Source: the human T2T-CHM13v2.0 reference genome, Homo sapiens. Taken from it: 64,000 nt of DNA. Shown piece by piece: positions 15,701-33,175 of the stretch (positions are counted from its first letter, which is position 1; each line of letters begins with the position of its first letter). The translations under genes and the position numbers were made by a program. Below the pieces are notes generated by a model that made no database searches, had not been told where the DNA came from, and saw nothing but the letters and a program-made list of their open reading frames with translations. The stretch lies in NCBI RefSeq assembly GCF_009914755.1, contig NC_060933.1; one strand, given 5' to 3'.

Positions 15701-15920
15701 ATGTGAAACTCCTCGCTGCCCTCAGTCATACCTCCAGAGATCACCTGCACCTGAGAGCAGCCCGCTGTGTGTCCGCCCACACAGTTTCTGTGCTGAACAG
15801 CATGTAGGCGCACATTCTTTTGAAATAAAATTGGAGTCTTATCTTCCAAACTAAGTTATTCATTTAAGGATATACACTGAGTAGTTTCCCACATCCCTTA
15901 ATATAATTCAAGAGCAATAC

Positions 15921-16027
15921 TTTTTTTTTTTTTTTTTTTTGGAGACAGGGTCTCACTGTGTCACCCAGGCTGGAGTGCAGTGGTATGATCATGGCTCACT
16001 GCAGCCTACACCTCCCGGGCTGCAGTG
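15921..16027 (-). mobile_element. 5'-truncated Alu (part of the right arm) inside an old L1ME-like fragment
   Basis: T20 then ggagacagggtctcactg...; TSD gcaatactttt on both sides. Confidence 0.8.
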
Positions 16028-16164
16028 AAAGGGCAATACTTTTAAAGAGCTGCACCGCTTCCTGATGAATAATACCATAATCAAACTTATTCGGGGCCTA
16101 CCCCACACTATTAGAATAGTATATTATTGTACAGTTATTCTCAGAAAGTTGCACATTCCGCTAA

Positions 16165-16668
<504 letters not shown>

Positions 16669-17317
16669 AGTTTCTACAGAACTCTGACTCCTCCCTTTCT
16701 TTGATTTCCTCCCTAAATTGCCAAGTCCTGAGGCCCTTCTGTACACACTTACCAAATGTCTAATTTTCTTTCCTAGCACCTCTGCCATTTATAAATTATA
16801 TTTCGCTTGGACTGGTGCAATAGCAAACTGGTCTTTTAGCTCTCTCCTTTTTGATTCATTGTTCACATCAATGCCAAGTAAATCTTCCCACAACCCAGCT
16901 CAGACCCACTCTTCTCACCAGAGACTTTTCCCCCATGGACAATGGATTTAGAACAAACTCCTTGGCCTGCTATTTGAGGCTACCAGCAGACTGGTCAAAG
17001 TCACCCTTTTCAACTTTATTTCCTGGCATTCTGGAGATTCGCCCGCTCACGACTGTCGGTGCACAGGTATTTGCAAGCTTTTCCATCAGCCTGCCTTTGT
17101 GCATGCCCTTTGCTCCTTGGCATGCTTTCCTCTCCCTCTCTTTAGCATACATCACAACCTGCCTTACATGTTTCTCTCTGTATCTGTCCCATGCCGTCCC
17201 CTCCCCTCCCCCCTCCCCCGGAAACAAGGGTTATGTCTATAAGCCTCATCCTGTAGTACCTGTTGTGGTGCTTATCTCTTTTGGGCCTTGCATATATTAA
17301 CAGTAGATGCTCAGGAG

Positions 17318-18102
<785 letters not shown>

Positions 18103-19384
18103 TTCTAAAGCTATTAGTTGGATTAAAATCTGAGTGCATAATGCCTTAAAGTCACCCACAGAATAGATATGAGTGAAATCGTCTGTATTTTTGTCAAATG
18201 CGGGGTAAAGATAGAGCTGGTTAATCCATAGACACCCTTCAATTTGCTGTGACAGCATGGATGATGAGAATCCACAGGTACGGGGCGGGAGTGCTGGGTT
18301 CACAGTAGACATTCAGAGGGCATGAACTAGCAGCCTTGCATTAGCTGTGGGTTTCAACTCCTGGTAGACCAGTTTCCTGAGGTGTGAACCACAAGCACAC
18401 CGCCTCAGGTGAACCTCACGTGTCTTCTGTACCTCAGTCTCCTCTTTGGAGGAAGTGCTCAGCCGCCAGTTCCTGGCAAAATCATCACAGCAGCGGCAGT
18501 GAGGAGGAGAGAGAAGATGGGAAATGAGCCGACAATAATGTGTCCCAGAAATAGGCAGAAAGCAACTTGGGTTCCCAGACTTTCTCCTGAATCCCAGAAT
18601 TTAGAACAACAGGTTATTTTGTCATCTTGGGAAAATGCCACTTCTTTCCGAGCAAACACCTGCAAGTTGCCAGAGGCTGCATGAGCACATGATAGAAAAC
18701 TGAAGTCTTGTAGGGAAAATGCTGCAATCACAGAATTGAGAATACTTGATAAGACAGTATGCAGGAGGCTTTATGTCACTGTAGTCACGATGTGCTTTTA
18801 GCACAGAGAAATCCAGCTGGTTTTATAGGGGAATGACTAGTAGACTTCTTATAGCACATATTATGCAGTATTATCAATATAATTTTAAGGCCTATTAAGA
18901 TACTCAATCTCAGTGGTGTCTAGAAGAATTCTACATTTAATGGTCAGTCAAGAAAACTGAAACTGATTATTTTGCAAATTTCAGAGAAAGTATATTTTTC
19001 AAATTATATGAACTACGATATGTTTGCTTCTTTTATATCTATAATAGCAGTTGCCATAATGTGGTATACTATTTGGGCTGCTAATAATTTTGCTGTCATT
19101 TTTGTCCAGTAGTTAAACTTGTATTTTCTAAGTGACTAAACATCTTGTCAAGGATCCTTAAAGACATGTGGAATAGGTTCTGCGGCCTCACTTGAGGCAG
19201 CACCCAAAATGCCTGAGTCATCACAGTCACTTCCGTTCATCCAAGCACCTGGCCCCCTCCATAGGCTCTTCAAATTGCTCTACTGCTCAGCAGAATCACA
19301 AGACAGGGAGAGGGTTTATTAAAATCTTTTCATTTTTAGCTTAATTTCCTTTATTTTTGGCATCTAAGGCTTTGTGCTCAAATG

Positions 19385-19773
19385 AGTTTGCTGGGGTTGC
19401 CATAACTAAGTACCACAGACTGGGTGGCTTAAACAACAGAGATTTTTTTCCTCACAGTTCTGGAGGCTGGAGGTCCAAGACCAAGGTGCCAACAGCGTTG
19501 GTTTCTGGTGAGGCCTCTCTCCTCGGCTTGTAGACGGCCACCTTCTCATCATGTCCTCATGTAGTCTTTGCTCTGTATGCGTGCACATGTCTGTCCTTAC
19601 CTGCTCTTTTTATAAGGACACCAGTTATATTGGGTTAGGGCCCACCAATATGACCTAATTTTACCTTAATTTCCTCCCTAAAGGCCGTAACTCCAATAAT
19701 ACAGTTGCATTGTGAGTTGTACTGGGGTTTAGGAATTGAATATATGAATTTGGTGGGACACAATTTAGCCATT
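19385..19773 (-). mobile_element. MLT1A/B-type MaLR solo LTR
   Basis: gccataactaagtaccacagactgggtggcttaaacaacaga...ctcacagttctggaggctgg...ggacacaatt. Confidence 0.85.
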
Positions 19774-22099
19774 CCTATTTACCTTATTCACAGTACGTCT
19801 CTCACTAGTTCCGCATTCTAATGAATCCCTTCAGAATGGCCAATAAAAATTACTCAGCGCAACCTCACTGCATTTTATTCCCCTATGGATGAATATGCTT
19901 TGGGTACATGTTTTGGTCCCAAATGATGTTAGTATCTAGTGAGTGCACAAGAATTAAAAATCATGTCTTCATGGCATGCGAGAGAAATAAATGTGGGAAG
20001 GGTCCATTCCCCCAGAAAGTGGTAATAGCTGAAGGTCTGTGCTGCGTGTTGTGTAACATTGGGGCATCTGATTTGACACTGTCCAAATATATTGACCTCT
20101 TTACAGCACAAGCCATCACAATGAAATGAGAAACATTTTCCTCTGGTGCCCCCAAATGAAAGCTGTGTGCTTCCTTCATTTCTGTCTTTCAAAACCTGAT
20201 TTCCAGAACGAGTTTGAATCTCATTCACAGTAGTCTAAGACTAGACTTCAAGTGAATAACAAGAATTAAAAATGTTTCCTCTCTCTTGAAGATTTCCTTT
20301 GTAAGTGTCAGAGCTTAGAGCTTAGGCTTCTACGGTAGAACTTTCAAGCATCCAGACCAGATGGATGATATTTGCAAGAGGAAGCTTCTTCCAGGATCTG
20401 AAATCAGACCTCTGAGTCCAGTCCTTTCCTATCCTTCTTCCCATGAGTAGATCCCACACATAGGTTCTTGATGAGAGACTGTGGATGATTCAAAGATGAG
20501 AGAAATACAGGCTTTGCCTTCAAGATGCTTAATAATTCAATAGGAAAAATAGATACATAAATAACTGACGTAAGGCAGAAAGCAATAAGTAGTGGAAAGC
20601 TTAGTGTTCAGAAGAAAGGCCATTTTGATTTGTGGAAGCAGAGACAGTGTAAGTACCATTTGAAGCCAATCTTGAAGGACAGGCAGGTAGAGCATGGGCA
20701 GGTGGAGATTGTGGAGAAGGCCCTTACGGGCAGGGAGTGTGACATAACCAAGGTGTGCTGCTGGGAAACTCAGTGTGCCTGTTTGAACAGCATCAGGCAG
20801 AGTCAAATCTCAGTGCTGGGAAGCTGATTAACTAGTGTCACAACCATGATGAAGGTTCAGCGGGTAGCATCCCAGCCCCAGTGAAATCAAGGTGGCGTCC
20901 TCAGCTGGAAGGGTGGGGGCAAGAATCCTTCCCATTCAGCCTCCTTCTCATTCTCAGGTCCCTCCCAGCCCCTGCAACAATCTAACCAAGGTTGTTCTGC
21001 TCCTGAATAATAGAGGGATGAATGCATTTTAAATACTGATAAAATATACTGGGTGAACGCATTTTGATTGTGATTTGGGGTTGTAATCTTTTCCCTTTCT
21101 GTTTTTCTTGTTGGGGACATGTTTAATTCTTGCTTGTTTTACATAGAGGGCAGGATCTGTGAGGGGGAATGGTTAGTGGGGCAGGACCCAGCCAGATTAC
21201 ACAGGGACTTGAATGTGATGCTAGAGAGTTCCTGCAGATTGAGTAGCCACTGATGCTTGTGCAAGGAGTGACAGGACTTGAGCAGCATGTTTAGATAAAC
21301 ATGGTCAGGTGGGTCAGCAGCCTTGCCTGGAAAGACAGCTCCCCGGGTAAAAAGCCATGCTTTTCCCCTCTGTGCAGGGAAGAGGTAGTCTAGTGGAGGG
21401 TGTGGAACAGCTAGACTGACTTTAGCTCCTTGGTTTCTGACTGAACTTTCAGGTCCAGAAGCTCTTCATTTACATGGATACTTCTAAAAACAGCATTAAG
21501 TATCTAGATAACCAATGGTGTCTGTCTATCCAGAGAGGACATGCAGTGGGCTGAGGAACGCCTATATCCATGGGAATGAGTAGGAAGCCACAAGAAACAA
21601 GCACAGATCAATGTGATGCAGCTGATGCACCCAAATCCTACTCACGACGGGGAAGGACGTTGGGAAGTCGGCAGGGAGAGTCGATTGCCCACAGCTTTCA
21701 CAATCTCGGATTAGACGTACATTTTTTCAGTGAGCACAGAGGAAGGCATATGAGGATGGCTTTCTCATTAGGGATAAAGGGCATTTGAGACATTTTTCCT
21801 GTAAAAAGAATAAGAATTCTGAACTGGCTCAGATGCAAACAGACACATTGAAAGTATGACACCGTAGAGAGAAAGCTAATATTTGCTAGGTATATGAAGG
21901 ATAACCCAGTCCTGCCTTCGAACATCGAAGGATAACCAGAAGGAAAAGGAAGCAGAGGCCACTAGCATTTAAAAAATGCAGCTAATGGAGACAGTTGGTA
22001 GTGGCCCATGTACGTGTGGGTTTTAATAATAGGATCAAGCTGGGTTCTTGCTGGAAGTCTAGCTCTGCAGGCTTGAGTTGAAGGCGCTCAGGGAGACCT

Positions 22100-22200
22100 G
22101 GTCATCAGAATCATGTAGGAGGCGGATTAAAACTGCAGATCCCGGAGCCAGCCCAAACCTGCTACTGAGTCAGCATCTCCATAGGTACGGCTGGAACTGG
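22100..22200. mobile_element. MER5 fragment
   Basis: catcagaatca...aaaactgcagatccc...ctactgagtcagcatctc. Confidence 0.55.
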
Positions 22201-22252
22201 TCAACATAATCCGTAATTATCTCATATTCTGAAATATATTCTATCAAAATAA

Positions 22253-22889
<637 letters not shown>

Positions 22890-22907
22890 AAGAAGCTTCT
22901 TTTCTAA

Positions 22908-23291
<384 letters not shown>

Positions 23292-23963
23292 TTAGTTTAT
23301 TAGTTCAAGCAGTTTGCCAAACATTGCGCTGGGTGGTTTGCATATAAAGCCGAAAGGGCACAGACCCTGCCCATGAGCTCATGGTTTGTGGAAGCATCTG
23401 CAAACCAACCTTTGCCCAACAGGTCTCCACCCCAGAGTTTGAGACCTGCGAAGAACTGTAGAGGTTGATGTCTTGTGTTTGCCATGTTCCGCTGGGAGGC
23501 TAAATCTGTAAGAAAACAAATACGCTTGGAGGGAGGAGACTGCCCTTAAGCCCCACTCAATCACAAGTCAGCTGGCCCATTGTGCAAAGGAGCCAGCATG
23601 ACTGTCCTCAAGGTGTAGTCTGGTGAGCCATATTTGGACACATGGGCAGTACCTGTCTTTCAGGCTTTCAAGTATTGGCCCACAGAAAGAGTCACTGAAG
23701 GAAGGACTACTGCATCCCTAATAATGAGCGGACCTGTAATAGGATTTCACTGCAGTGCTGCCTTATTTTGTAGAGAAACCTTTTTAGAAAGAAAGAGCAA
23801 TGCAAACTCAAAGAACTAGGACAAAGATAGCAGCTCTAGAGTGTAAACCTTGTATCAATAGAAAAACAACTGATTCTGCTTTTTAAGAAAAACTGCCCCC
23901 ATTTTCTCTTTTATTAGGCTAAAGACATACTCTGGTAGACTCTTCGTCAAAAGCAGATTATTT

Positions 23964-24358
<395 letters not shown>

Positions 24359-27300
24359 TGAGTTGTGCACATGGCTGCATACACAAGCATGACCCCTTGG
24401 CTGTTTGACATCGCACAGCATCATGGCACATGCTGATAGAAGATCAACACCCAGGGCTTTTTAGGCTGCTGCCCCCACTGTGGCCCTGCACAATGCTCAC
24501 AGTGGCTTGTCCCAGCTCTTGCAGCCAGAGCACCCTGCTGACCGGGAAAGCCATCAGGAGCACCTGGCTACTTTTACAGTCAGGGCTTTTTTTCCTTCTC
24601 TTTTGTGGAAGCCATTATGTGGTACCAAATAGGTATACATTTAATACCTGCATGGTATTTCTCCTGTGTGGCCTCTGCTGCTTCATGGTTAAATATTAGT
24701 TTTTTCTGGTATTGTGCAACTTTGAGCTTGCTGTAGAATCACAGGCTACAGATGAGTCTTAGAGTGCAGTGCGTCTTCTTCTTACTGGGGGAGCGGAGCC
24801 CCAGGAGAAGTGTAGTATCTGCCCAAGCTCGCAGCACTAGTTAGTGGCAGAGCTATGGCTTGAGTACAGGATTCTAAGTCTTCAGCCCATCAGACTAAAG
24901 CATTTTGTAATTTGGGTCCCATCTTTGCCTTAGTTTCTACGAAGACCTATGAGTAGATAATAAAGGAGTATGGCAGAGGGCCCTGAGAAGTGATGATTTT
25001 TCATTAATGACTCCTCTTTTTCTTGAAGCTGTTTGTTCCTATTCTTTCACAGATGCAGGATATGGACCTCACTTTCCAGAGCTTTTCACAAATATGTGTC
25101 ATGGATATACATGCCCCTCTTCCACTAGATATTTCTAAACGGTAGCCCTATGTATCTAGATGGAATATTTTGCATAGGAAATACTGGGCTCCATTGCATC
25201 AAAAAGCTGGTATATTTTTTGGTGTGAGTGAATGTGATTGTATATAGAGATTAGTTTAGGTCTTTGCATTTGGAAAGATACAGCCATTCCTCACTTGAGA
25301 TGGAAACTAAATTACATAATACCAGGCCACCCAAACAAACAAACGAATGGGAAAAAGTAAATGGTTAAACAAAAAGTGTATCTTGATGTACATTTTTCAT
25401 ATCCTCTTATTTGCTTTCACAAGCACACTTCCAACCAGAGTCCCTGTCTTTTGCCCTGAAGCTGACCCAGAGCAGAAGACTGTCAGAGAGCACAAAGGTG
25501 GTGGCCAGCCAACAAGTGTCTCACAGGTCAGGGTAACTGTCAATGATTGTTGAACTGCACAGATCCCAGTGTGTGTTTAAAAAGGCCAGCGTTCTTGTCA
25601 CACATCTCTGGATGGCAGCTGTCTACTTTTCACTGGTGCTTGGTAAGGAGTCTGTTGCAATCATTCAGCAAAAGACCCTGTTCTTCCAGGTCAGTCCTCC
25701 AGCTTGGGCCTTTACGACCCCAGTATTTTCTGCTTCTGATCCTGTCGAGTTACAGCCACCACCGTCACACTGTAAGTGGGCTCCAAACAGTTTGGTGCAT
25801 AACATGCAAGACAGCGTTACTTTAAAGTTAATCAGCAAGATTGGAGGCTGGGTAGAGGAGGAAAGTCGGTTTGTTATGTCCAAATCCATGTTTTTTTCAC
25901 AGAGTTCTTTATTATGAAGTTTTGTTCAGCAAGGCTAGTCCTATAGTGGATGAAGACGTCAGTGAATCCATTAAATACCAGCTTTGGAGTCAGCTCTACC
26001 ACCTCGAAGCCGTGTAGCAGTGGGCGAGCCACTTGCCCTCTCTGAGGCTCACTGCCTCTTTGGGGGTAAGGGGAGCTGGCCTGGGTGAAGGCACTCTGGG
26101 CTGCGTCCGGTGCCGTGCTGAGGCCTGCAATGCAGGTGTACCTGGTCGCATCTGAGAGGAGAAAAGTTGGGATTTACTTTCATGTGTCTTTCCTTCTGTC
26201 CTTGGAACCTGTAGAATTGCCCTCAGACTTAAAAGTTGCCCTTAGCTTGGACTGGTATTGGGAGAGTTTTTTAAATATACTTTGTCCTGTATGGTGTTTT
26301 ACAAAGTTACACTATCTGGGAACCCTGTTTCTTCATTTCTTTTCTTTTCCAGTGGAAAATTGCTATTTGAGAGATGATTGAGAGAACTGAGTAATAATCA
26401 ATCTACAAAAGCATTTATGCTGCCTGACCACTGAAGAATAGGCATTTGCTTCTAGTTGAAATCAATTATTCATAGAGATTAACCTGTTTGATCAGGAGAT
26501 GAAAAAATTTTTGCTGGCCTTTTTAGTCTTAAAATTCCTACGGGTCAGTAGTAACTGCAGGTCAGTTTTACCTTAGACAGGGACAATTATTATTTCTAAG
26601 ATACATTTTGAGACATAGAGATAAAATATTTATGCCCGTTGCCTAAATAACCTTGGGGGAAAAGTCCAGTGAGTCCAGTTTGCCTTTTGGAGGAGGGGAA
26701 GCCATTGTTGCCCAATGCTCTAGAAAGAGCACTTCGTGTTTTATGCTGCTTTTTATCTCAATCATTCAAGTATTTGCTGCTTTTAAAAAAACAAACAGAA
26801 CCAGTAATGAAATGTGTGTGAGAAATTGCTACAGTGATCGCTGCATATTTTATAGCAAAACGTTGCAGTATTTCTTATATTGAGAAAGTAGAACCTATTT
26901 GGGGTTGAAATGATCAAACCCAGATGCTTTCCTAAAATTATATTTTTGGTGCATTTATATGTCTGTTACAAAGTGTGCTACATGCTAAAAATATTTTCCT
27001 TTGTAGGCCGAGGGGAGTTTCAAACCGCACTGAGAGACGTAGATCAGATGGTTTTCCGTAAGAGTGTTACCAGCATCCTGGTTGTTATTAGCCTTGACTT
27101 TGCAATATGACATTATTTATGCCAGAAGACTTCACAATTCAGTTCTTCTTTAATTTCACCAACTTTATTGGCATGAACATGCATGGAAGGGAGGCCAAAG
27201 TCAATACATCAGAATTTGGGACTCAGACTCCAGGGCAACAAGCAATAATGGGATTCGGCTGGAGATAACCCCTCCATTCCTGGGGTCTGTTTCCCTGGGA

Positions 27301-27789
27301 CGCAGAAGCTGCCTCCCACGTCAGGCAGCGTCTCTTGCCTTTTGTCCAAGCGCTTCCTCTTGTTTTTCTCTGGTGTCTCCCTTCTTCTCCCGAGCCACGC
27401 ATGCTGCCACTTTTCACATTCCATGCAGCCAGGTAGAGACACACTTCTCCTTAAGATGCTTCTGGATTCTGTTTATTGCAAAGGCAGTTGCTCTACAATT
27501 CTCTCTGGTTATTCCTCCTCAAATTGTATTTCCTAGTCACTGTCATTGGTTTTATAATTGAGAGACATCTGCCTGGGTTTTGCATAAATGCCTCTAGTCA
27601 ATTAAGCTGCAAATGGGTAAATCTAAGAATATGTAGATTGTCTAACTCTCTATAGAATTGTAGTTTTTAACTTAATCCTTCCCTTCCCTCCTTCCCCTCA
27701 CCTCCCTGCCTCCAGTTGACTAGAGTATCCTATTTTACATTTAGAACATCCAGAATGAGCAGAAAAGGCTATATACTAAGTGCATTATA

Positions 27790-27920
27790 CATAATAGCTA
27801 TTTATTTCTCCTAGTCACAACTCCGTAAGACAGACATTGTTATTATACCCATTTTACAGATGAAGAAACTGAAAACCAAATCTGTCTGACTTAAAAGCCT
27901 TCATCCTTAATTATTATACT
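27790..27920 (-). mobile_element. MIR fragment
   Basis: cccattttacagatgaagaaactga core. Confidence 0.65.
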
Positions 27921-28017
27921 GGTTTTAAATGCATGTAGCTCTGGTTAGGATTATAGCTATTTTTGCATCTAGCACCTGACCATGGTGGTATCTTCAGAGA
28001 GCAATGTAGAAATATCA

Positions 28018-28326
<309 letters not shown>

Positions 28327-29702
28327 TCAAATTTCACTTTGTGATATTCTTGTAATAACAGTCAGCTTACTGTTTTGAATGAGACAGGACCAGAAATGGA
28401 ATTATCTCCTTTATAATAAGACACATGAGAAACAGAACTTGGTTTCTCATGTCCATTGGTTGTCATTGGAAGGGATACACACTTGTTTGTAGTAGCTCAG
28501 ATGTGTTGTGTCTTTGCAGGCTCCGTACAAGGGCATTGAGCCTGTGTGCTTGTCAGGCCAGGCTTTTTATTATGACGTCACAACTCAGTTATTTTGATAC
28601 CTTTGAAAATTTACTTAGGTTCAAAATACCAGATAGACTTTTGTTTCTGAGGGGAAAGAGGAAGGGATTTGCATTTACTGGTCTATTTTGTGCCTTTTAC
28701 CATGTGCACCATCTCATTTTATCCTCACCACAGCATTATCTCTGTTTCATAGCTCAGAGAGGTTGTGTGACATGCACGTCCAAGGCCACAGAGCTTCTTG
28801 GTGGCAATGACAGAGAGTGCCTAGTCTAAATTCCCAGCTGTGGATTTCCTATGACACCATGGCTTTGTACTGAAACAGTTAAGTCACATTTACAGGGTGA
28901 CATGTAAAAACAGCAACAGCATATTTGGTTGTCCCTTATCATGATTTCCAGTATCCTTGAAACTCAGAGATCAAGGCAGTGATGGTAAGAAATGCTCCCA
29001 TAGAAGGCAAAACAGGCCATAATATTTACATAATAAATTGAAACCCATAATTATAAAAGCATTCAGAAACTCCTAGAAGATAGATTTAATAAGATTCTAA
29101 CATACCTAATATAAATCTGAATATAAATTAACTGGGTGGTAGGTTCTTAAATCCTGCATATTAGGAGGTGTCTAATAAAGCTCTAATGTTCTTTGTGGTT
29201 CTTTTCCAACTATCATACTGGTGAGCACAAAAGCTGTGTTATGTACAGAATGGCTGGGTTTATCCCTAGTAGAAAGAAGTTATGTTTGGTATCTAAAGAA
29301 CAATGAGAGTTTGCTGCTTGGCTGATCAGTGCTGGATCAAGTTCACATTCCCCGGCTCCCACTCTCCACCTCCACATGCAGGGGGTGGAAGCAGAACACA
29401 GGGAGGGGAGGACAGGTCCTTTTTCACGGAGAGACGTGAGCCTGGGCTTTCCTTATATGGACACAGCTCGGCCTGTGTAGCATTAAACACTGATTTCATC
29501 CACCGCTGGAGAAAACATCCTACAAAAAGTGAAGAGATTAGCAGCCAATTAATTCTGGCCCTTCCCATTGTTTTCCTGGAACACCTCCTTGTATGGCACT
29601 GAATGTTTGGTGAACAAACATTCTGGAAAATAGCTTTCTCTCATATCTTATTTATATTTGGAACAGCCACTCCACCCCCCACATGTGGTGGATTTTACTT
29701 GC

Positions 29703-29705
<3 letters not shown>

Positions 29706-29760
<55 letters not shown>
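29706..29760. repeat. (TG)~22(GA)5 microsatellite
   Basis: Read directly from the sequence. Confidence 0.97.
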
Positions 29761-30839
29761 TTTTACTTCTTCATCAAGGGATGGATGAATCAGGCCCATT
29801 CCTCTTGTTGCAAGTTGTGACTTCATTGGTTTTCTTTTGGAGGATATATAACAAGCCACACAGTCTGAGTGCCAAGCTTTTTAAAACTCGACCTGCCAGG
29901 GCCACAGACTCCCATCACGTCCCCTCCTTCAGAGGCACTGTGGAGCATCCACATGTCCATGTGCCCACACTTCCAGATACCACACCTGCTCTATCTTAGG
30001 AAATAACGGGAAAGTACCTAGACATGGTTGTTTGCTTTTCAAGCTGGTGAAATATCAACATCTGATATTTTTGTGTTTTTCAGTAGTAACTAATCCCTTT
30101 TTGTAAGGCATTTTGTCAGAATAATTTTCCTATAGCAGCAATATATGTGTGTGTGTTTTCTAAACAATAGAGCCCATGTGGTTAGAGCACAGTGCTCAAG
30201 ACTGGAGGAAGTCAGCATGGGTTGCTTCCTGAATGGAACAATACCTTTTGCACACAGCAAAGGGTCTTTTCCATTGGTGCACACTGTCCCCTAATTCTAG
30301 CCAGCAATCTTCCAAATGCAGATGTTCATTTCAAGGGAATGGATGGCAGCCCTCAGCATAATTAGAACATCATCTACAGATGATGAGTTGGAAATACCAC
30401 CTTCATGTTTACAGTATTGCAGGTCAGCACTAAGATTGGGTTCCTAAAGATAAGGATGTATGCACTTTTCGCTAAGGACCCAGAACTGTATTAGCTTTAG
30501 AGAAAAAAAGTCAGATATCTGCCCATTGTTGCCTCCCTTCTGGGTAGAATGTTGAAATCTTCCACTTCTTTTTAGTTCTTTTTGTGTGTGTGCTTAACTC
30601 ATCTTGCCCAAAATTTTATCCCTTGGTGTAAGCTGCAGGAAGTGACTCCTGGTTTGGACCACCAGCCCATCCTGCCCAACATTGTGTCTGCCATCTGCCA
30701 AATTGGACTTACTGTAGTAAAGCATAGTGAGTGGCTATCATCTGTGGCATTGACTTTGAAATTTAGATGTCTCCCAAGCATCTGGAATTTTTTCCATAGT
30801 AACCTATTTGAGATGGGGCATCATTAAAATTATCTAAGG

Positions 30840-31014
30840 CAGTGGTTCTCAATGCTACCTGCACATTGGAATCCTGAGGGGTGGAGGTGCTTCAGAAATG
30901 ACTGATGTCTGGGTCCCACTCTCAGAGATGTGAACCTAAGTGGTCACCTGGGCATTGAGATTTGTAAAACACCTTCTGGTGACTCTAATAAGCACTCGAG
31001 AGTAGAAACCACTG
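30840..31014. mobile_element. MER5A/B (hAT-Charlie MITE), full length
   Basis: TIRs cagtggttctca ... agaaaccactg; 8-bp TSD atctaagg/atctaaag. Confidence 0.85.
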
Positions 31015-31055
31015 ATCTAAAGGCACCCTTACATCATTTTATATTTCACCTGTGA

Positions 31056-31367
<312 letters not shown>

Positions 31368-32559
31368 TAAGGTTATAATGTCCATGAATATCAAGCCCTG
31401 TAAATAACTGCAGTTGTAACAGGCATTGAAGGGAATATAATAATGTCTGCTTTTTAGAATGTATTTTTCAGTAGACTTTTATGGTATGGAATTATATTTT
31501 CCAGCCTATGTTGTCATCTGGGGTTGATCTAATCCATATAATGAACAAATATGTTAAAGTGAGACAGTCACACTAGATGTTCCGTAAGTACTCACGCTGG
31601 AGTAGAAAGAGTATTCCATTTCCAACCAGGAGACCTAGGGGCCAAGCGATATGAAATCCCCTGAGACTCAGTTTTTCCATCTTTCAGATGGGACTGTGTG
31701 AGGAACGAGCAGAACAGTCTGTATATGGAAGCACTTTGTAAAGCCTTCAGTTCTGTAGGTAATTGCCACTCTTCTTCTCTCTAGCAGTCTAAGGTCCTGT
31801 GCTCTCTGGTAGGGGTGCTTCAATACTTTTTTTGTCTTAAAGTCACTTCCCTCCAGCTTCTGGTAATGTTGTATTGCTTCTTAATTCTAGTCATTTAGAA
31901 GTTGATAAATAACAACTGCTTCTTGTTCTAAGCAAATTACATGTCATTTGATCAGAACTTTATGAGGAAGGAGGCTTAGAGGGGCCACACAGCTACTAGG
32001 CAAGCCGGCTGTGTGCTCCTTATACCTTGCTGTATTACTGCGTTGTCACAGGAGTTTCCTGAGGACAGGGACAACGTCTTACTCATCTTTGCATTCACGA
32101 AATCTAGTGCTCTGTTTCACAGTAGGCATTTAATATGTCTTTTATGTGAATAACCTGTCCATATGTTCAACTTACATTATTCTCTCCATAATCTAAGCCC
32201 CTTTCTTCTGGTTTTGATACCAAGAAGTAAAATATTTGGTTGGTTAGCCTTTTTGTAATAGTCCTGTATAGTATTATGTTTATTTGATGATGTCTGTATA
32301 GTATTATATCTGCGTAGTATTATATATTTTGACAGTTCTTTTCATAGAATTTTATAAGTAGAGTTATAAGTTAAGAACAGTCATACATCCTTAACTCCTG
32401 TACTTTACTTCTAAACGTTGTTAATGGAGATAAATCTTAGAACCATAAGATTTTCCCAGATCCTCCCTTCTCCCATCCAAAGAGAAAAAGGAAATTAAAA
32501 AAAAACAAAAAACCCCAAAAAACCCAGAATACTTTATTGAGTTATCCTCTTCCCTGTCC

Positions 32560-33100
32560 AAAATGGAGTGAAGGCAGCTTCCAAAACAGATAAATATAAC
32601 ATGATAGAAATAAAACAAGAAAAATGAAGCAACATGAAAATAATGGTAGAAAAAAAAGGATGGGGCCAGGAATTAAATTAGCACATAATATGCACACCCT
32701 GAAGTTCCTATGCCTGGTTAAACAGGGTCACAGAACTCCAAGCTTTCTAGAAGAGGGAAAAGGGATAAATTGCAATATTCAAGAAGTAAAAACAAAAAAG
32801 CTGCCTAAGTCCGACTATTCCTGATGCTGATACCAGGAAGAAGATTGTCCTATGGCTCCTCACAGAAAATTACTATCTAATGGAATAAACAACCCTCTAA
32901 ATCCATCCTTCCGGTAAACATTGTGATGGATTTTATGGGGCTGTTTCTTATAATGCACCTCAATAAATGTTGATGGCTTCTTACCAGAACTTAATGCGAT
33001 AACAGGACTTTCACAGAGTGCCCATAAGACCAAGTCCAGGGCCAGCTTTAAAAGTGGTCTGGCTTATTCCAAGAAGGGATTTTAGAGTATCCAGACTACA
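32560..33100. mobile_element. Ancient L4/RTE-X-like LINE fragment
   Basis: ctattcctgatgctga...ggctcctca...ggggctgtttcttata resembles L4 as I recall it; the family call is tentative. Confidence 0.45.
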
Positions 33101-33142
33101 AGTTTAGGTACAGAAGAATCTGTGAACATCCTGACAATTGGG

Positions 33143-33175
33143 GTGTGTGTGTGTGTGTGCATGCATGTGTGTGTG
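33143..33175. repeat. Imperfect (GT)n
   Basis: Read directly from the sequence. Confidence 0.9.

Noticed and set aside
25053-26560. Strong-looking acceptors at 25053 and 26353
   Set aside because: Both hit early in-frame stops and have only weak donors. Such pseudo-acceptors are common in long introns.
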